A model generated the notes under the pieces. That model saw only the letters and a program-made list of their open reading frames with translations. It had not been told where the DNA came from and did not search any database. A stretch of 64,000 nucleotides of DNA from Octopus sinensis (taxonomy: Eukaryota). The stretch is taken from the NCBI RefSeq assembly GCF_006345805.1, contig NC_043000.1, forward strand, positions 84,382,001 to 84,446,000. The letters are read 5' to 3'. Numbering within the stretch: position 1 is the stretch's first letter; the number at the start of each line of letters is the position of its first letter. Positions 13,497 through 26,800 of the stretch are shown one piece after another. The translations under genes and the position numbers were made by a program.

Positions 13497-15167
13497 AACT
13501 TAGCACTTCCACTATTATTAATTTTTTAACTCCCTTCTTTAACTAACTATACCTGTGGTCTTCTATAATTCTAAAGTATACAACTTATAAATTTATAATT
13601 TTATAATTTTTATAGCTACATTTGTATAATAATAATAGATGTGTCTAGTATTATTTGTTTCTTGTTTTTTGTATGTGGGTTTTTGTTTGTTTTTTAAGGG
13701 AAATGCAATATGACATGAAATAACATATTCATTTTGGTATTTGCCTTGTAATATGTGATTTTTGAAGTTTTCTAATATTGCATAGTATATATGTATATCC
13801 TGGTTAGATACCTAGCTCTAGATAATGTAATGATATTGTATAATATGTAATATATGAGAGCCTTTTATGAGTTTGGTGTGTTTAGGTTGAGAATATAGGT
13901 TTTTTGTATGTGTTTATTTGGAAGGTTTTTATTGTATATTTGGTCTTTCTTTGTACTCACCTTAATTTGTATCTTATGCTATTTACTAATAAACCTTTTT
14001 CATTTTTTCATTTTTTCATTTACATACATTTGGCTTTATAAATATTACCAGCCTTATATATTTAGTTTATATCTATAGTCCTCTGGATCTGTACTTTAAA
14101 TTATCCTTCCATACTTATTTACTTTCAACAATATAACATATATATTCACTTTATTTATTTTTTTATTTTATTGTAATGTTATCAATCTCTGCATTTAGTC
14201 TTCTAATTATTTATTTATTTGCCTATTTAAGTGTAGATTTTTACATACATATCAAGTCATCTAATTTGTTATCTATTTATTTTTTACTTATTTACTTATA
14301 CTAGGGTAGTTTTATACATACATATCTATCATTTATTTATTTTTATTTAATTTTAATAATATATGAATACATATATACTGGTTTGTACTTATAATATGTG
14401 TATAACCGTATTTATTCCTTCGTATTTATTCCTTCTTATTTATTTTATCACATTTTATCTTAAGTATTTATAATATAAATTTTTAAAAATTTCTGTGATG
14501 TTCTCATATGCGTTTGCATTAGTACTTCCCCTTCTATTTTTTAATGCCTAAACTGGTATATTATGGCATTAAATTTATTAAGTAAATAAGAGATTTATTT
14601 ATAATATATAAATTAATATATATTTTATATTTTATAATTTAGCGTACTTGGAATCATAACAAACTTACGATAAATCTAACAACCGTATGTTTACTATGCA
14701 ACAAACCGGTGTTATAAATTTTAAGTTACCCAATGAAATAATTATCTGACTTAGTAACATACTGATATTTAAAAATATATTTATATCTAAATTAAATATT
14801 TTATGAAATGCATGGGTGGTTCTTTTTCGTTATTTGAGGCATAGTTATAATTTTGAAGGACTAAATGGTAGCATAGTTGCTTCCCTTTTTGTTTATCTAT
14901 GTGCTAGTTGTTGCTTGTGATTATGTATGTGTATAAGTGTATGTATATACATATAACTATGTGTGTATGTGCGATTGATCTGTAGATGCGCGTGTGAATA
15001 TTGGCGTTCCTTGACTAACCAACCGTATAATTTTCTTTTGTGATTTAAATTTCAAACCAATAGCCAATCGAATTAATCTAAATTTTCTTTACCTAGTGGT
15101 CAGCATTTCTAAACTCATAGTTATTTCGATCTTGAAAGGATGGACTTGGTGCAAACATAACTGTATC

Positions 15168-15222
<55 letters not shown>

Positions 15223-15862
15223 ATTAATAGTAATTTTTATTAACTTTTATAGCTTTAGAATTTTATGAACTGAACCATGGTTTTAATTATTATTTTTCAT
15301 CTCCCTATGTGTTAGTTTTTTTTAAAAAAACTATTAGCCAAATATGTATAATATCGGTGCTTATTAATATTAATATATACACTGATATATATTTTGTTTT
15401 ATTTTGTTCTGTTTACCTTCCTTTATTGTACCAATGAGTATTATATTATATAAGTGTAGCATTATGATGTATAAGTTTTTATATTTTACATTTTTATATT
15501 TTTATATTTATATGTATATGGTTATATAATATTTTTCACAATTATAACAAATTTTATTTAATTCTCTGAAGAGGCCGTGGGGCATCCTTGTTAATACCTC
15601 ATTTATACCTGTCTTTATGGCTTATAGGTTAAATGAGGTATGACTGCCCCCACTGCCGAAACAGCTGTCAGTTTTGATTTAATTACATATTATATTTGAA
15701 ATTTTTTACTTATATCTCTTTGTCTTTTTACTATTACTGTATATTTTATTTTGTATAATACCTTTACTCATATGTAATGGTGTATTAAAGTATTGATTGG
15801 GTATCATCGGATAGTTGATGTTTTATTGATTTAAGTATGTTTCTCCATTCTCTAATTTTGTA

Positions 15863-15865
<3 letters not shown>
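13497..15865 (+). mobile_element. Long AT-rich 3' UTR / pseudo-LTR of the PLE, carrying a hammerhead ribozyme
   Basis: T-rich tract from the stop codon to the HHR at 15566. Its end (attgggtatcatcggatagttgatg...ctccattctctaattttgta) resembles the tail after the HHR at 34003 (attggtattatctggaagttgatg...ctccattttcttattttgta). Confidence 0.65.
15561..15680 (+). ncRNA. Type I hammerhead ribozyme, intact core, extended stem II
   Basis: CTGAAGA at 15566-72; stem II GGC-C-GTGGGGCA / TGCCCCCAC-T-GCC; GAAA at 15658-61; palindromic stem III ACAGCTGT; GUC cleavage triplet ending 15669; short stem I CT/AG. Confidence 0.8.
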
Positions 15866-15908
<43 letters not shown>

Positions 15909-15948
15909 TATATATACGTATGTGCTGAACCCGACCCATTTATATATA

Positions 15949-16024
<76 letters not shown>

Positions 16025-16049
16025 GTATATATATATATATGCATGTATG

Positions 16050-16082
<33 letters not shown>

Positions 16083-18198
16083 GTATTTATATATATTTAT
16101 ATCTTATATCTATGCATCTATATATATATACATAGGGAGAGGGAGAGAGAGATACATGCATGCATACATATATCTACTACATTTGTGGGGAATTCTATCT
16201 GAGAGTGTGTTTGTGGAGTTAGCTAATTCCTCCTACATCGTTTTATCGATTTTGATGAAACTTGACAAGAACTCATGGCATACTCAGATTATTGAAAAAA
16301 ATCGATAATAGGGCCCCTGGAAGGGATCGTTATATAAAAAAAACAAGGGAAATAACCCATTCATTATCCTAAATTATTTGGAACAAATGAAATTGAGTAT
16401 GATTATTTCTAAGTATTTGAAATGTTAGAGTTATTTCCGCAATTTATCTAGCATAACCCTTAAACAAGTAAATAGTATTTTCCTAAACAATAGAACTACT
16501 TATTTCGGTTAGTGACTTATTCACGAATATAACAACACTAACGCCCCTCAAGGTAATATTCTCTGGGAACGCAAAAAAGCCCTTTTCAGAGTTATTTACT
16601 TTGAATTGTTATTATCTCATATCTGATTAGCCTGTTATTACTTAACATGCTTCATGATTTTAGTATACATATTTTATTAGTATTTCCTCATATGTTCGAT
16701 ATACTCTGGGAACGGATTAAAGCACTTTTCGAGTCTACTTTAATTGAATTCTTACTATCGAGTAACTAATTTCATGTTATTATATAACTGACTTTGCAAT
16801 TTGGGTATGCATAACTTATTGGGAATTCCTAAAACTAAGATCCTATGTAAGACACTTCGGTATTCTCTGTAAATGCACAAAAACCGTTTTAAGGGCTACA
16901 CACTTTGTATTGTTGTTATTGGATTAGCGAAGCAATTATGAGAACGAAACCAAGGGATAAGCCTCGCTTTCCCGAGAATTACCGGGGTTCGTTAGCTATT
17001 ATATACATACATGTATACATATATAGAAAACTGAATTCCCATATTTCCTTCGCAACCGCAACCTCGAAGCCATTTGTACACACACGCGCACGCACACAAA
17101 CATACACACACATACACAAGCATACATGTACACATACATATACATGCACAGAATAAATATATCAAAGTGAATAATGTATAACAACCTGCGTGTGTAATGC
17201 AAGCGGTACATGAAGAAACACAAACACATTTTATTGATAGAACGATCTAACTATAGCAATAAGGAAACGGTCAATAAAATATAGAAAACAGAAGCGATAT
17301 ATGAGTGAATGCATAAATATACATGAACTATATGCAGGAGACAGGCTTTGTTAACGTAAAACAGAGAAATATGCACACAGACACCCGTACATACACATGT
17401 GCACATGTATTAATACTTATTAATATTTATGTATAAATGTTTTCATGTAAAATTGTAATATATGTACATGTATGTATTCGAACACACATATGCGTAAGTC
17501 TGTCTTACTATCAAACGACAAATAATATTGGGAAGATACGCATCTGTCAGTGGTATAAAAATGCTATATCAGTACATCGTAATTGCTTGCTTGTTCAATA
17601 ATACTATTGCTATTGAAAAACATAAACGTATTGCAACGATACAAATGAAATTTGTTTTATGTTATAGCTAAATAAATATTTACATGTGTAAATTGTATTA
17701 ATTACAATGTACTTTAATGCAATGAATATAAACATGTATGAATTTAAAGTACAATTAAAACAAATTTCTCATTTGTGTATCTGCAATGTATATGTTATCA
17801 GTAACAATTCTATTGTTTAACTATCAATAAATTATAGACCTAACATTACTTGATGCTACTAACAGATGAGTATTTTCCAATACTACCAGCCATATAATAA
17901 ATAAGACTTCAATTAGTATGTTATAAACAGGTGAGATAAATCATTATAGACAGCGTTATCACTTGTGCAAAAACAAGTGTGTAAAATACAAAAAGTGTAA
18001 GATAGGTACTGCACGTTTTTAAAATATATACATGACAATTTTTTATGTACCGGTAATTTTCCTAGCAAAACTCTGTTCCTGTCGGGGTAAAAATTTCGGA
18101 TTTCCCTGTATGAAGTTGCTTGATACGTCAAACATATGTGATGCGCGTATCTTTTATCTTTTACCAGTTTTAGTCATCAAGCTGCAGCCAGGCTAGGG

Positions 18199-18422
18199 CT
18201 TCCTTGGCCGAGCCAATCTCCTGACATGAACCCAAATGAAAATCTTTGGAGCATACTATACGAAAAACTCAGCAGAAACCTAAATCTAAAGATGATTTGT
18301 TTCGATTGTTGCGTGAATGGTGGGCAGAAATTCCACAAGAGACAATCACAAAGCTCATCAGTTCAATGCCAAAAAGAGTTTCTGAATTAAAAACTGCAAA
18401 GGGAATGTCAACTAAATACTAA
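18199..18422 (+). pseudogene. Tc1-family transposase C-terminal fragment (frameshifted)
   Basis: LPWPSQSPDMNPNENLWSIL.../KSKDDLFRLLREWWAEIPQETITKLISSMPKRVSELKTAKGMSTKY*. Confidence 0.85.
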
Positions 18423-18483
18423 AGTATGTAGTCCTGCCTATCGATTACATTTCAATTGTTCGCTTTGCGTATTAAATAATAAT

Positions 18484-19247
18484 TTGAGTGCGCTCCGCAC
18501 TGAATTCGCACGGCACTTTTGTGACTTTGAAGCACAGAAAAATAATTTGGAGCTGCTTCGCAACCCATTTGCCGTCAATGTGGAAGCTGCACCTGTACAG
18601 ATTCACATGGAGCTGATAGAACTGCAGTGTAATGGGACATTAAAAGTAAAGTACGACTCTGCGGGGTAAGCACAGTTCACTCGCTTCATACCTCAAGCAA
18701 TGCTCCAACTCCGTTTACATGCAGCTCGAACGCTGTCTTTGTTTGGAAGCACATATCTGTGCGAGTTGTTGTTCTCTGTGATGAAGGTGTCACATAGCAA
18801 TCATCTCACAGATGAACACCTGCAATCCATCTTGAGTGTCACAACAACACAGAATCTTGCCCAGAACATCAATGAACTCATTGCCAAGAAAAGATGCCAG
18901 GTATGTAACTCGGAAAAAATTGCATAAATAAAATTGAAAGTTTTGATTTATTTTAATTTCCACTAAAAAGCACATTTTTTATTTATATCTTCTTTCTTAG
19001 TTTTTTTTTGCAACATGTTCTTATCTTAAATTTTTATAATTTTGACTGGAGATATTTTTATGCAGAGCAAATTTTGAGTTAAAGTTAATTTATTTTTGGA
19101 ATAAAATTATATACCATCTGTTTCGGTATATGATCATGTTGAAAAAGTTTTAGTCTGTTCAATAAATGTTTATCCTGTTCGGTCCGCGACCTAAAGTGTG
19201 TTTTGTGTTTTGCCCCCCAACCCATGCAATTGAGTTTGACATTCCTG
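18484..19247 (+). mobile_element. hAT (Charlie/SPIN group, GTF2IRD2/EPM2AIP1-like) 3' half with terminal inverted repeat
   Basis: RNPFAVNVE..QIHMELIELQC and LFGSTYLCELLFSVMK..HLTDEHLQSIL dimerisation motifs with one internal stop. Ends gagtttgacattcctg, followed by atctatag, which fits the NTCTAGAN target preference of this group. Confidence 0.85.
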
Positions 19248-19304
19248 ATCTATAGTAATTATACTAGTTCAAATAATGATTGTGATAGTTAATTATATTT
19301 ATGC

Positions 19305-19306
<2 letters not shown>

Positions 19307-19373
<67 letters not shown>

Positions 19374-19398
19374 TAATAATAATAATAATATCAAAAAC

Positions 19399-19472
<74 letters not shown>

Positions 19473-19490
19473 TAATAATAATAATAATAA
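19307..19490. repeat. (AAT)n microsatellite
   Basis: Direct reading of the sequence. Confidence 0.95.
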
Positions 19491-20260
19491 TTGAGGATAT
19501 AAACGCAAAATAAGTGAAATACCTCTTTGGAGAAATAGTGTACTCCATAAAGTAAAATGTAAACAAAACTACCACAGTTGTAATATAAATTGTAATATAA
19601 ATATTAATTGTAATATAAATAAACCTTTAAAAACCACTTTTCAACAGCAAAAACCAGTAGAGGTGATTATAAGACCAGAATTCAGTTTGATTTAAATGGT
19701 AACGCTATCGCCCTCAACTGGTTACCAACGCAGGGAGTTTGTTTGAATTAGTTCACTTTGAAGACGTCGTACGTGATGGACGTTTGATGAAATTGCACCA
19801 ACTAGGATACATAATTGCATACAGAGCAATGTGTAGTTGTTTCAGTGGAAACATATGTTGGTCCTAGTTATATATGCTGCAGAAAACTTTAAATTAAAAG
19901 TTTTGGATGTGAGTAAATCTACACTCTCCTTTTGGTTACATATATATATACATACATACTCATATATATATATATACATACATACATATATACATTCACA
20001 CACACACACACACACACATTATTCAAAGGAATTCCAACTCTGTCTGTTTTTTATGTTTTATTTATATTCTTTATAATATTAATGTAGAATATAGAATATA
20101 TAGTATAAATAGTATATATAGTAAAATGAAATGAAGTATTGATTGTCTTATTGAATAGATGAAATATTGAATATCAAATATTAAGGGACTAGTATACATT
20201 TTTGCATTAAAGCAGTCTTCAAGGTCCCAGGTTGTGACAGGAGTGTTTCAACTGCGCTTC

Positions 20261-20314
<54 letters not shown>

Positions 20315-21565
20315 GTACATATATATACACATATACATATACATGTATATATACGTATATGTTCGTTTGTTTCTTTTTGAGAAGCAAATTAAACCGGTGA
20401 CACTACCTAGTAACTCCGCTGTGAGAACTACATTCAACCAGTGAATGGCTTGTTGGAGAGTTGCAATACTGGACGTTGTTGTTCACAAATCGTGACAGAA
20501 GAATTATATAAATACATAAATAAATGTACCCATACAATTTTCATGTTGTTACAATTCGGTAGAAACGCTTGAGTGAAGTTAATCGGTTTTGGCTGGTTGA
20601 TCACATTGACTTGGAGAATGATATTCTGAAGACCTTTTCGATATCGCTAATGGTTCTCTAACGTACCTCTTACTCAATGGAGCCTGGTTTAATAATTATA
20701 TATATATTTGAAGAATATTGTACGACTGAGTTGCTTTATTGTGCAACAGGCAATAGTGTTGTTGGAACATAGAACGTGGTCTATGAGATATTTCAAGTCT
20801 TAAATACAGAAGGTGAAATAGACTTCATGTAGCAGTAATGAATAGCCATGAGAATATAACCATCGGTGAATTATCGATTAATCCTCAGGTAAATTCGTTT
20901 GCTGATTGTAATAAAATTGTAGAGGTGAATAGCAGTGTGTTGCACGGATGCCTATTATGTTAGGCAAGTGAAGCTGTCACATTTGCTTTCCATTAGCACT
21001 CCTACATGTACGTGCCCATACACGCGCGCGCAATTAGCTATATACCTATCAACTCTCTTTTTTTCTCTCTCTGCCTATTTGTCTCTTTCCCACTTAGTGT
21101 CTCTATATGTACACATACATATATGTTTACATGTATATGTATGCATGTGTGTTAGTGTGTCAGTGTGATTTGTGTGTGTGTGTGTAGCTAGCTAGTTAGA
21201 TGCCTATATGTAAAACTGCATTTACACATATAATTTCGTACATAAATACATACATACATGTAAATGTCTGTAGGTATGTATTCATGTAGGTAAGTATATG
21301 TACCTGTGGTTTTATGCGCGTGCGTGTGCACGTGTATATTGAAGACATGTCTATGCTTCAGGTTGCTCTTTCTTGCTCCTACGCCAATTGGAACAATGCC
21401 CAGTGTTCATGCCGCGCTTTTTGCAGGCAGCAAAAGCTTATGGGAATAATCTAGCAACGAATAAAATTGCCATTACCAACCAAATATGTGCTCTACGCTT
21501 AAGTCCTATTTACTGATTTAGCATATTTCATTCATTTTGTACACAAAAGGAACACACTCACTATA

Positions 21566-22142
21566 TTTTATCATTTACTTGTTTCAGCCAATTAACTGTG
21601 GCGATGCTGGAACACCGCCTTCAAGGGTTTTAGCTGAATAAATCGACCCCAGGACTTGTTCTTTGTAAACCTAGCACTTATTCTATCGGCCTCTTATGCC
21701 GAAACACTAACTTATGCAAAGGAGCGAAGTGAAAAGATTAATTCTTGTTCACGGCGAAGGTGGGAGTCCGGAGGACTCCTGTGCAAAGATAGTCTGAACA
21801 CAGATATATGTTGTAGCAAATGACCGGTCGGGCGGAAATGGCACGAGACCAGGGTGCCATTGCCGGGTCTGATGTCTTGAAGGTGTTCCGCGAATCGGTC
21901 GGCCAAGCGGCGTCCCATTGGACCGATGTACAGAAAAGACAGAGTGAGATGGCGATAAAACCATATGACGTTACTAGAAGAGCAGAAAGACGGACTTCTT
22001 TCAGTTTCTATCAACCAAATCCACTCACAAGGCTTTGGTCGGTCTGAGGCTATATTTGAAGACACTTGCTCAAGGTGCCACGCTGAATCCAGAACTGTGT
22101 GGTTGGGAAGCAAGCTTCCTACCACACAGCTACGCCTGCGCC
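21566..22142 (-). mobile_element. SINE family A whose middle is occupied by a PLE fragment
   Basis: Head at 21990-22142 and tail half at 21566-21714 in the same orientation, flanking the GIY-YIG fragment. Confidence 0.75.
21715..21960 (-). mobile_element. PLE GIY-YIG fragment
   Basis: LYIGPMGRRLADRFAEHLQDIRPGNGTLVSCHFRPTGHLLQHISVFRLSLHRSPPDSHLRREQELIFSLRSFA shows YIG, R, EH and E motifs of PLE endonucleases. Confidence 0.85.
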
Positions 22143-22902
22143 AATATGTATGTTGATATTTAATTTCCATTTTCTTATTTCATAATCATCACAATTCTGT
22201 TCTAGAAATTTTTCTGGAATGTTATTGTCTTCAGCATTTGTTTTATAGTTATACTATACTGTGCCAAAATGGCACATTTTATAAGTATGGTTAGCTGACT
22301 TATTTGTGCTTGTGTATTTGTGCATGTATGTTTGTTTGTTTGTATGTGTCAATGTTTGTTGTGTTTTTCATTGTCATCATCCATTTTTTTATAATATCAA
22401 AGCCTACAAATGTATGTAATGAATAAAAGCCATTGGGTGATCTATCTCTCCTAGTCTCGCGGCAAAATCTCCCCATTCAACATTACACTTTTTGTCACAG
22501 GCATTTTACGGACGAAATATCAAAATAAATTAGACAAAATTTTAAATCTAGGTAATCAGTTCTTCATTTCCGACGGCATTATTGTAGCCTCCGCAAGCAC
22601 TATTAATTGTATTTCCCGAGACTATCTCTCTCTCTCTCTCTCTTTTTTGTTTCTTTCTCTCTCTCTCCCTAAAGATAAATATCTGATTTGACAAGACAGA
22701 TTATGATATGCCTTGAGAAATTCATTTGTTTCTAGTTATCACACACACACACACACACATACACACACACGCATGCACACCACATACACAAAGACATATG
22801 CACATACAAGCACTTGCCCTAGCAACTAAACGGGCACATGCATATGCTCAAACCCGTGTATGCGTGTGTGTGCGTGTGTTTGTTTGTTTGTGTGTGTGTA
22901 TT

Positions 22903-22933
<31 letters not shown>

Positions 22934-22954
22934 ATAATCAGTCATCGCAGAAAA

Positions 22955-23010
<56 letters not shown>

Positions 23011-23030
23011 GTGTGTGTGTGTGTGTATAT

Positions 23031-23122
<92 letters not shown>

Positions 23123-25656
23123 TACACACGCACGATATATATATTTGATGGGCTCCTGCACAATGTCTATCTTTCAAATCCTAATCTCTAAGTGTCAATT
23201 AACGTGAGGCAAAAATAGGATTAGGATACGCTGGTCCTAATTTCCGGGGTATTTAGTTCTATTTCCTGACCATATGATTACAAAATGCACAATTAACCAG
23301 GTTTCTAACAGTTTCGGTGTAACCAGCTTAATTCGCAACACTTAGGTAAAACATCAAATAAAATAGTAAGCACTTACTGACTATACTCTGCACTGCGTTG
23401 ATACCAAATCGAGAACTACATGGTAACGAAGTGAACTTTTTATTGCTCCAGCAGCCTTGTACTAATATGCCGATAGTATATAGCACATACATTGATGCAT
23501 CTATATTGGAAGAATTGTATGATGAGGTACGGGAAAACTCAATGTGAGAATTAAATAAACGGAATGAAAATTTTAAAATGAAATAAAAATAAATTAAACG
23601 AACGACAAAACTTTAGGATAGTAATTAGTTGACATCTGGCCTATAATTATAAAGTAATTAGAATATATAATTATTTCTCTAAAAAACATACAAAAAAGAT
23701 ATAGAAACCGAATCTCAAATAAAATGAAATAATAACATTAGATATATAATTATATATATACATGACTTATGCACATACATATATACATACATAAACATAA
23801 ACACACACATACATACGCATAAACACACACATGTATGCATATATATGTATCTATGTATCTATTTACATACGTGTGTGTGTGTGCGCGCGCGCTTGTGTGT
23901 ATGTGTGTGTGTGTGTGCCTACATGCAAAAGAAATCGTGTGTAATGCGCTCTTGTATGTGTTTGTATATCAGTATCTATGTGAATATGGATCGAATATGC
24001 AATAAAATTATTTCATGTTTGTGTATGAATTTCTAAAAGCATACGTTCGTATCAATGTAGTAGAATACACGTACATTTATTAAACGAGTTATGCAGGTCA
24101 ATATCAATATAGATTGCTTCTTAATGTGGATATGTATTCTACTGATATAATCGTTCAACGACAAGATTCCGTTAGTGATTAAAAACATGTTTCTGAATCA
24201 ACAACTACAAACCCTGCCTCGAGTATTGCAGTTGAGATTTACATCAGAGCGAGAGATTAAGCAAACGATAAAGCAACAAAACAATAGCATGATATTTAAA
24301 TGTATTGCACAAAATTGTATGAAAAGATAAGTTAAAAGACAAACTTTAATTTAAAAGAGACACTATATATATAAATGCTTGCATACACGCGCGCATATAC
24401 CTACATATATAAGCATACGTGTATATATATATATATACACATCGAAGTTACATCTAAAATACCTTCTTGTGCGAAGCGATTAGCCAGAAGGCACGATAAA
24501 GTGAAAAGATTTAGTGATAATAGTAATTATATTGGTTTTGGGAAGTATATGTGTATGTATGTATGTATGTATGTGTATGTATGTATGTATGTATGTATGT
24601 ATGTATGCATGTATGTATGTATCTATATATGTATGTATGTATATATGTATGTGTGTGTGTATATATACACACACACACACACACATTCGTATATATATAT
24701 TTGCGTAGTCTTCTTTTCACCCACCAACACACCCTGCCTAATTAATTTATATCCCACACCACCTCTCAGAGCAACCACTTCTCTGTATAATATAACCGAT
24801 ATAACTCATACCACATTCTGGTTCTTACAGCAACCTCTTTATGAAAATTTCGCAGAGAAAAAATAGAAAGAAAGAAAGAAAAAAGAGAAATAGCAAGAGA
24901 GAGGCAGAGTGGGTTGTTTTCTGGCAGTGAAGAATATCGCCTGGTCTACCTGCTACATCATTGCCATCACCACCTCAAAACGGAGACGCCATTGTATCTC
25001 GGCAAATCTCACTGTTCAATAAGGGAGCTTATACCTGGTTGCTCGGCGTATACAATTAGTTGTCAAATCTTCCTCAAATCTTATCCTAGTGTGTACTGAA
25101 GTATACTGAAGAATATCGTTCCTGACATGCAAAAAGACGAGATAATCTCGACTGAGATGTTTTTCGTCTTAGATGTCTATGATCAAATCTTATAATTAAG
25201 CATATTGAGTCGAAAGGAGGGAGGATAGTTCAGAGGCCCCGATTGGCTCGAATATACTTGATTGTTGTTTTTGTTTTCTCAGAAGAAACTTGCTCCAATA
25301 GTTGTACGATGAAAGGTATTCTAATTGGTATTTTCTCGTCAGTTTGTATGACAGGAACTACAATTGTGCCAATAATAATTTTAGGAAACTTATGTTGTCC
25401 TATAAATTTAATTAACATTTCAATGTGTTATCTTTCAGTTTTGTGGCTTCAATGGAGAATAATAATATAAAGACAATGACTGTGACCCTATCAGTTAACC
25501 CAAAATTTATATTTATAGAAGTTAGAAGTAGATGCTTCCTTGGCGTGAGTTTGTGAAGCGAACAATGTTAAAATGCAAACAGCTTCGGACATATGCAAGG
25601 TTGAGAATTAACTCCATTGTTTTTTTTAAAATATACTGTAGAAGTAAATTATAAAC

Positions 25657-26048
25657 TGTTGTAACATAATTTGTTACGTACAATAAATAAGATAACCAAC
25701 AACAATATAACGAACTAACATTATTTAACAAGTTGGATCACGAACAAATTGTTAAATAACCTAAGTGAGCTTCGAAAACCTCGTCGCCAGATGTTGTAAC
25801 GTAATTTGTTACGTACAATAAATAAGATAACCAGACAACAGTAACACCACTATAACGAACTAACAATTCTCCTTACGAACCAACAATCAATATTCCTTGT
25901 GAACTAACCAACTAACATCTTATGACTTCTCTGCGAATTAACACGAACTTCACTCGACTCCGAACTCTGAACCCATCGGATCGTTACTAGTTATACTTTA
26001 CTCGGACAAGTCTGTCCCTCGCAAGGGGGTGTCGTAACTCTCATCACA
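25657..26048 (-). mobile_element. Miniature or deleted LTR retroelement: LTR, PBS, ~55 bp, partial second LTR
   Basis: Minus strand: TGTGATGAG...GTTACAACA (26048-25792), then TC and TGGCGACGAGG (PBS-like, 25789-25779); the LTR 3' end is repeated at 25725-25657. Confidence 0.65.
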
Positions 26049-26069
26049 GCATAAACTAACATCTATTGA

Positions 26070-26800
26070 TGGAAGAAAGCAAAAGATAAAATCTTGAGAA
26101 GGTAGTGAGGATGTTTATTCATCAAAGATCCTGCGCTAACGATAGTAGCAATTCAAAATGATTCAGCCAAGCTAATTAGTTAGATGAGTATCAAGAATCT
26201 TGAATCCCGTGATTGGTGGCTACGGCGATTTAGAAATCGACATGGGAAGAATATTTCAACACCCATGAAGAAGAAAGTAGAGCAACAACCAAAGTAACAG
26301 CACTATTAAGCAAAAGGTTAGAAGATATTGTTTGTGTAGAGCTCTTAATTTCTGAGGTGTATAATACGGATGAAATTGAGTTATATTGATGACAACTACC
26401 CTGGACTGATCGAGCATTTAATAATGAAACCACTTCACATGGTTGTAAGGAAGGATTCTCAGCGTTATGTTTACACATGCAAGCGTCATGCAGCTTTTAA
26501 AACTTTGAAGCAAAGAGAAAGCTACTAGTGTATTATTTCTATTCCAATTATTCAATGGCGGTTTTCCCGTATTTCAATGCAGCAAAGTGCAAATATCAGC
26601 AAGATATCTTCAAACTTTCTGCAAATTAAATAGAAATCACTAATTTTTGATAATACACCAGTTCATCACATGTGGTCACCCATTTGTCAGTATTGGCAGA
26701 AAATAAGGCGAATATTCGCGACTTACCAAAGTTTACAGCCAATGGATCAAAATATTATCTTCAACAAAGACAACGAAAGATGTCATACGAGCACAAAAGA
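26070..26800 (+). pseudogene. Degenerate pogo/Tigger (Jerky/TIGD-like) transposase
   Basis: WWLRRFRNRHG (end of CENP-B HTH), VYNTDE, DNTPVH and LQPMDQNII: all three catalytic-aspartate motifs, in shifted frames with stops. Confidence 0.75.

Noticed and set aside
25250-25320. Candidate 33-nt micro-exon (ttttctcag|...AAG|gtatt)
   Set aside because: Splice-like sites arise easily by chance; no neighbouring exons or recognisable peptide.
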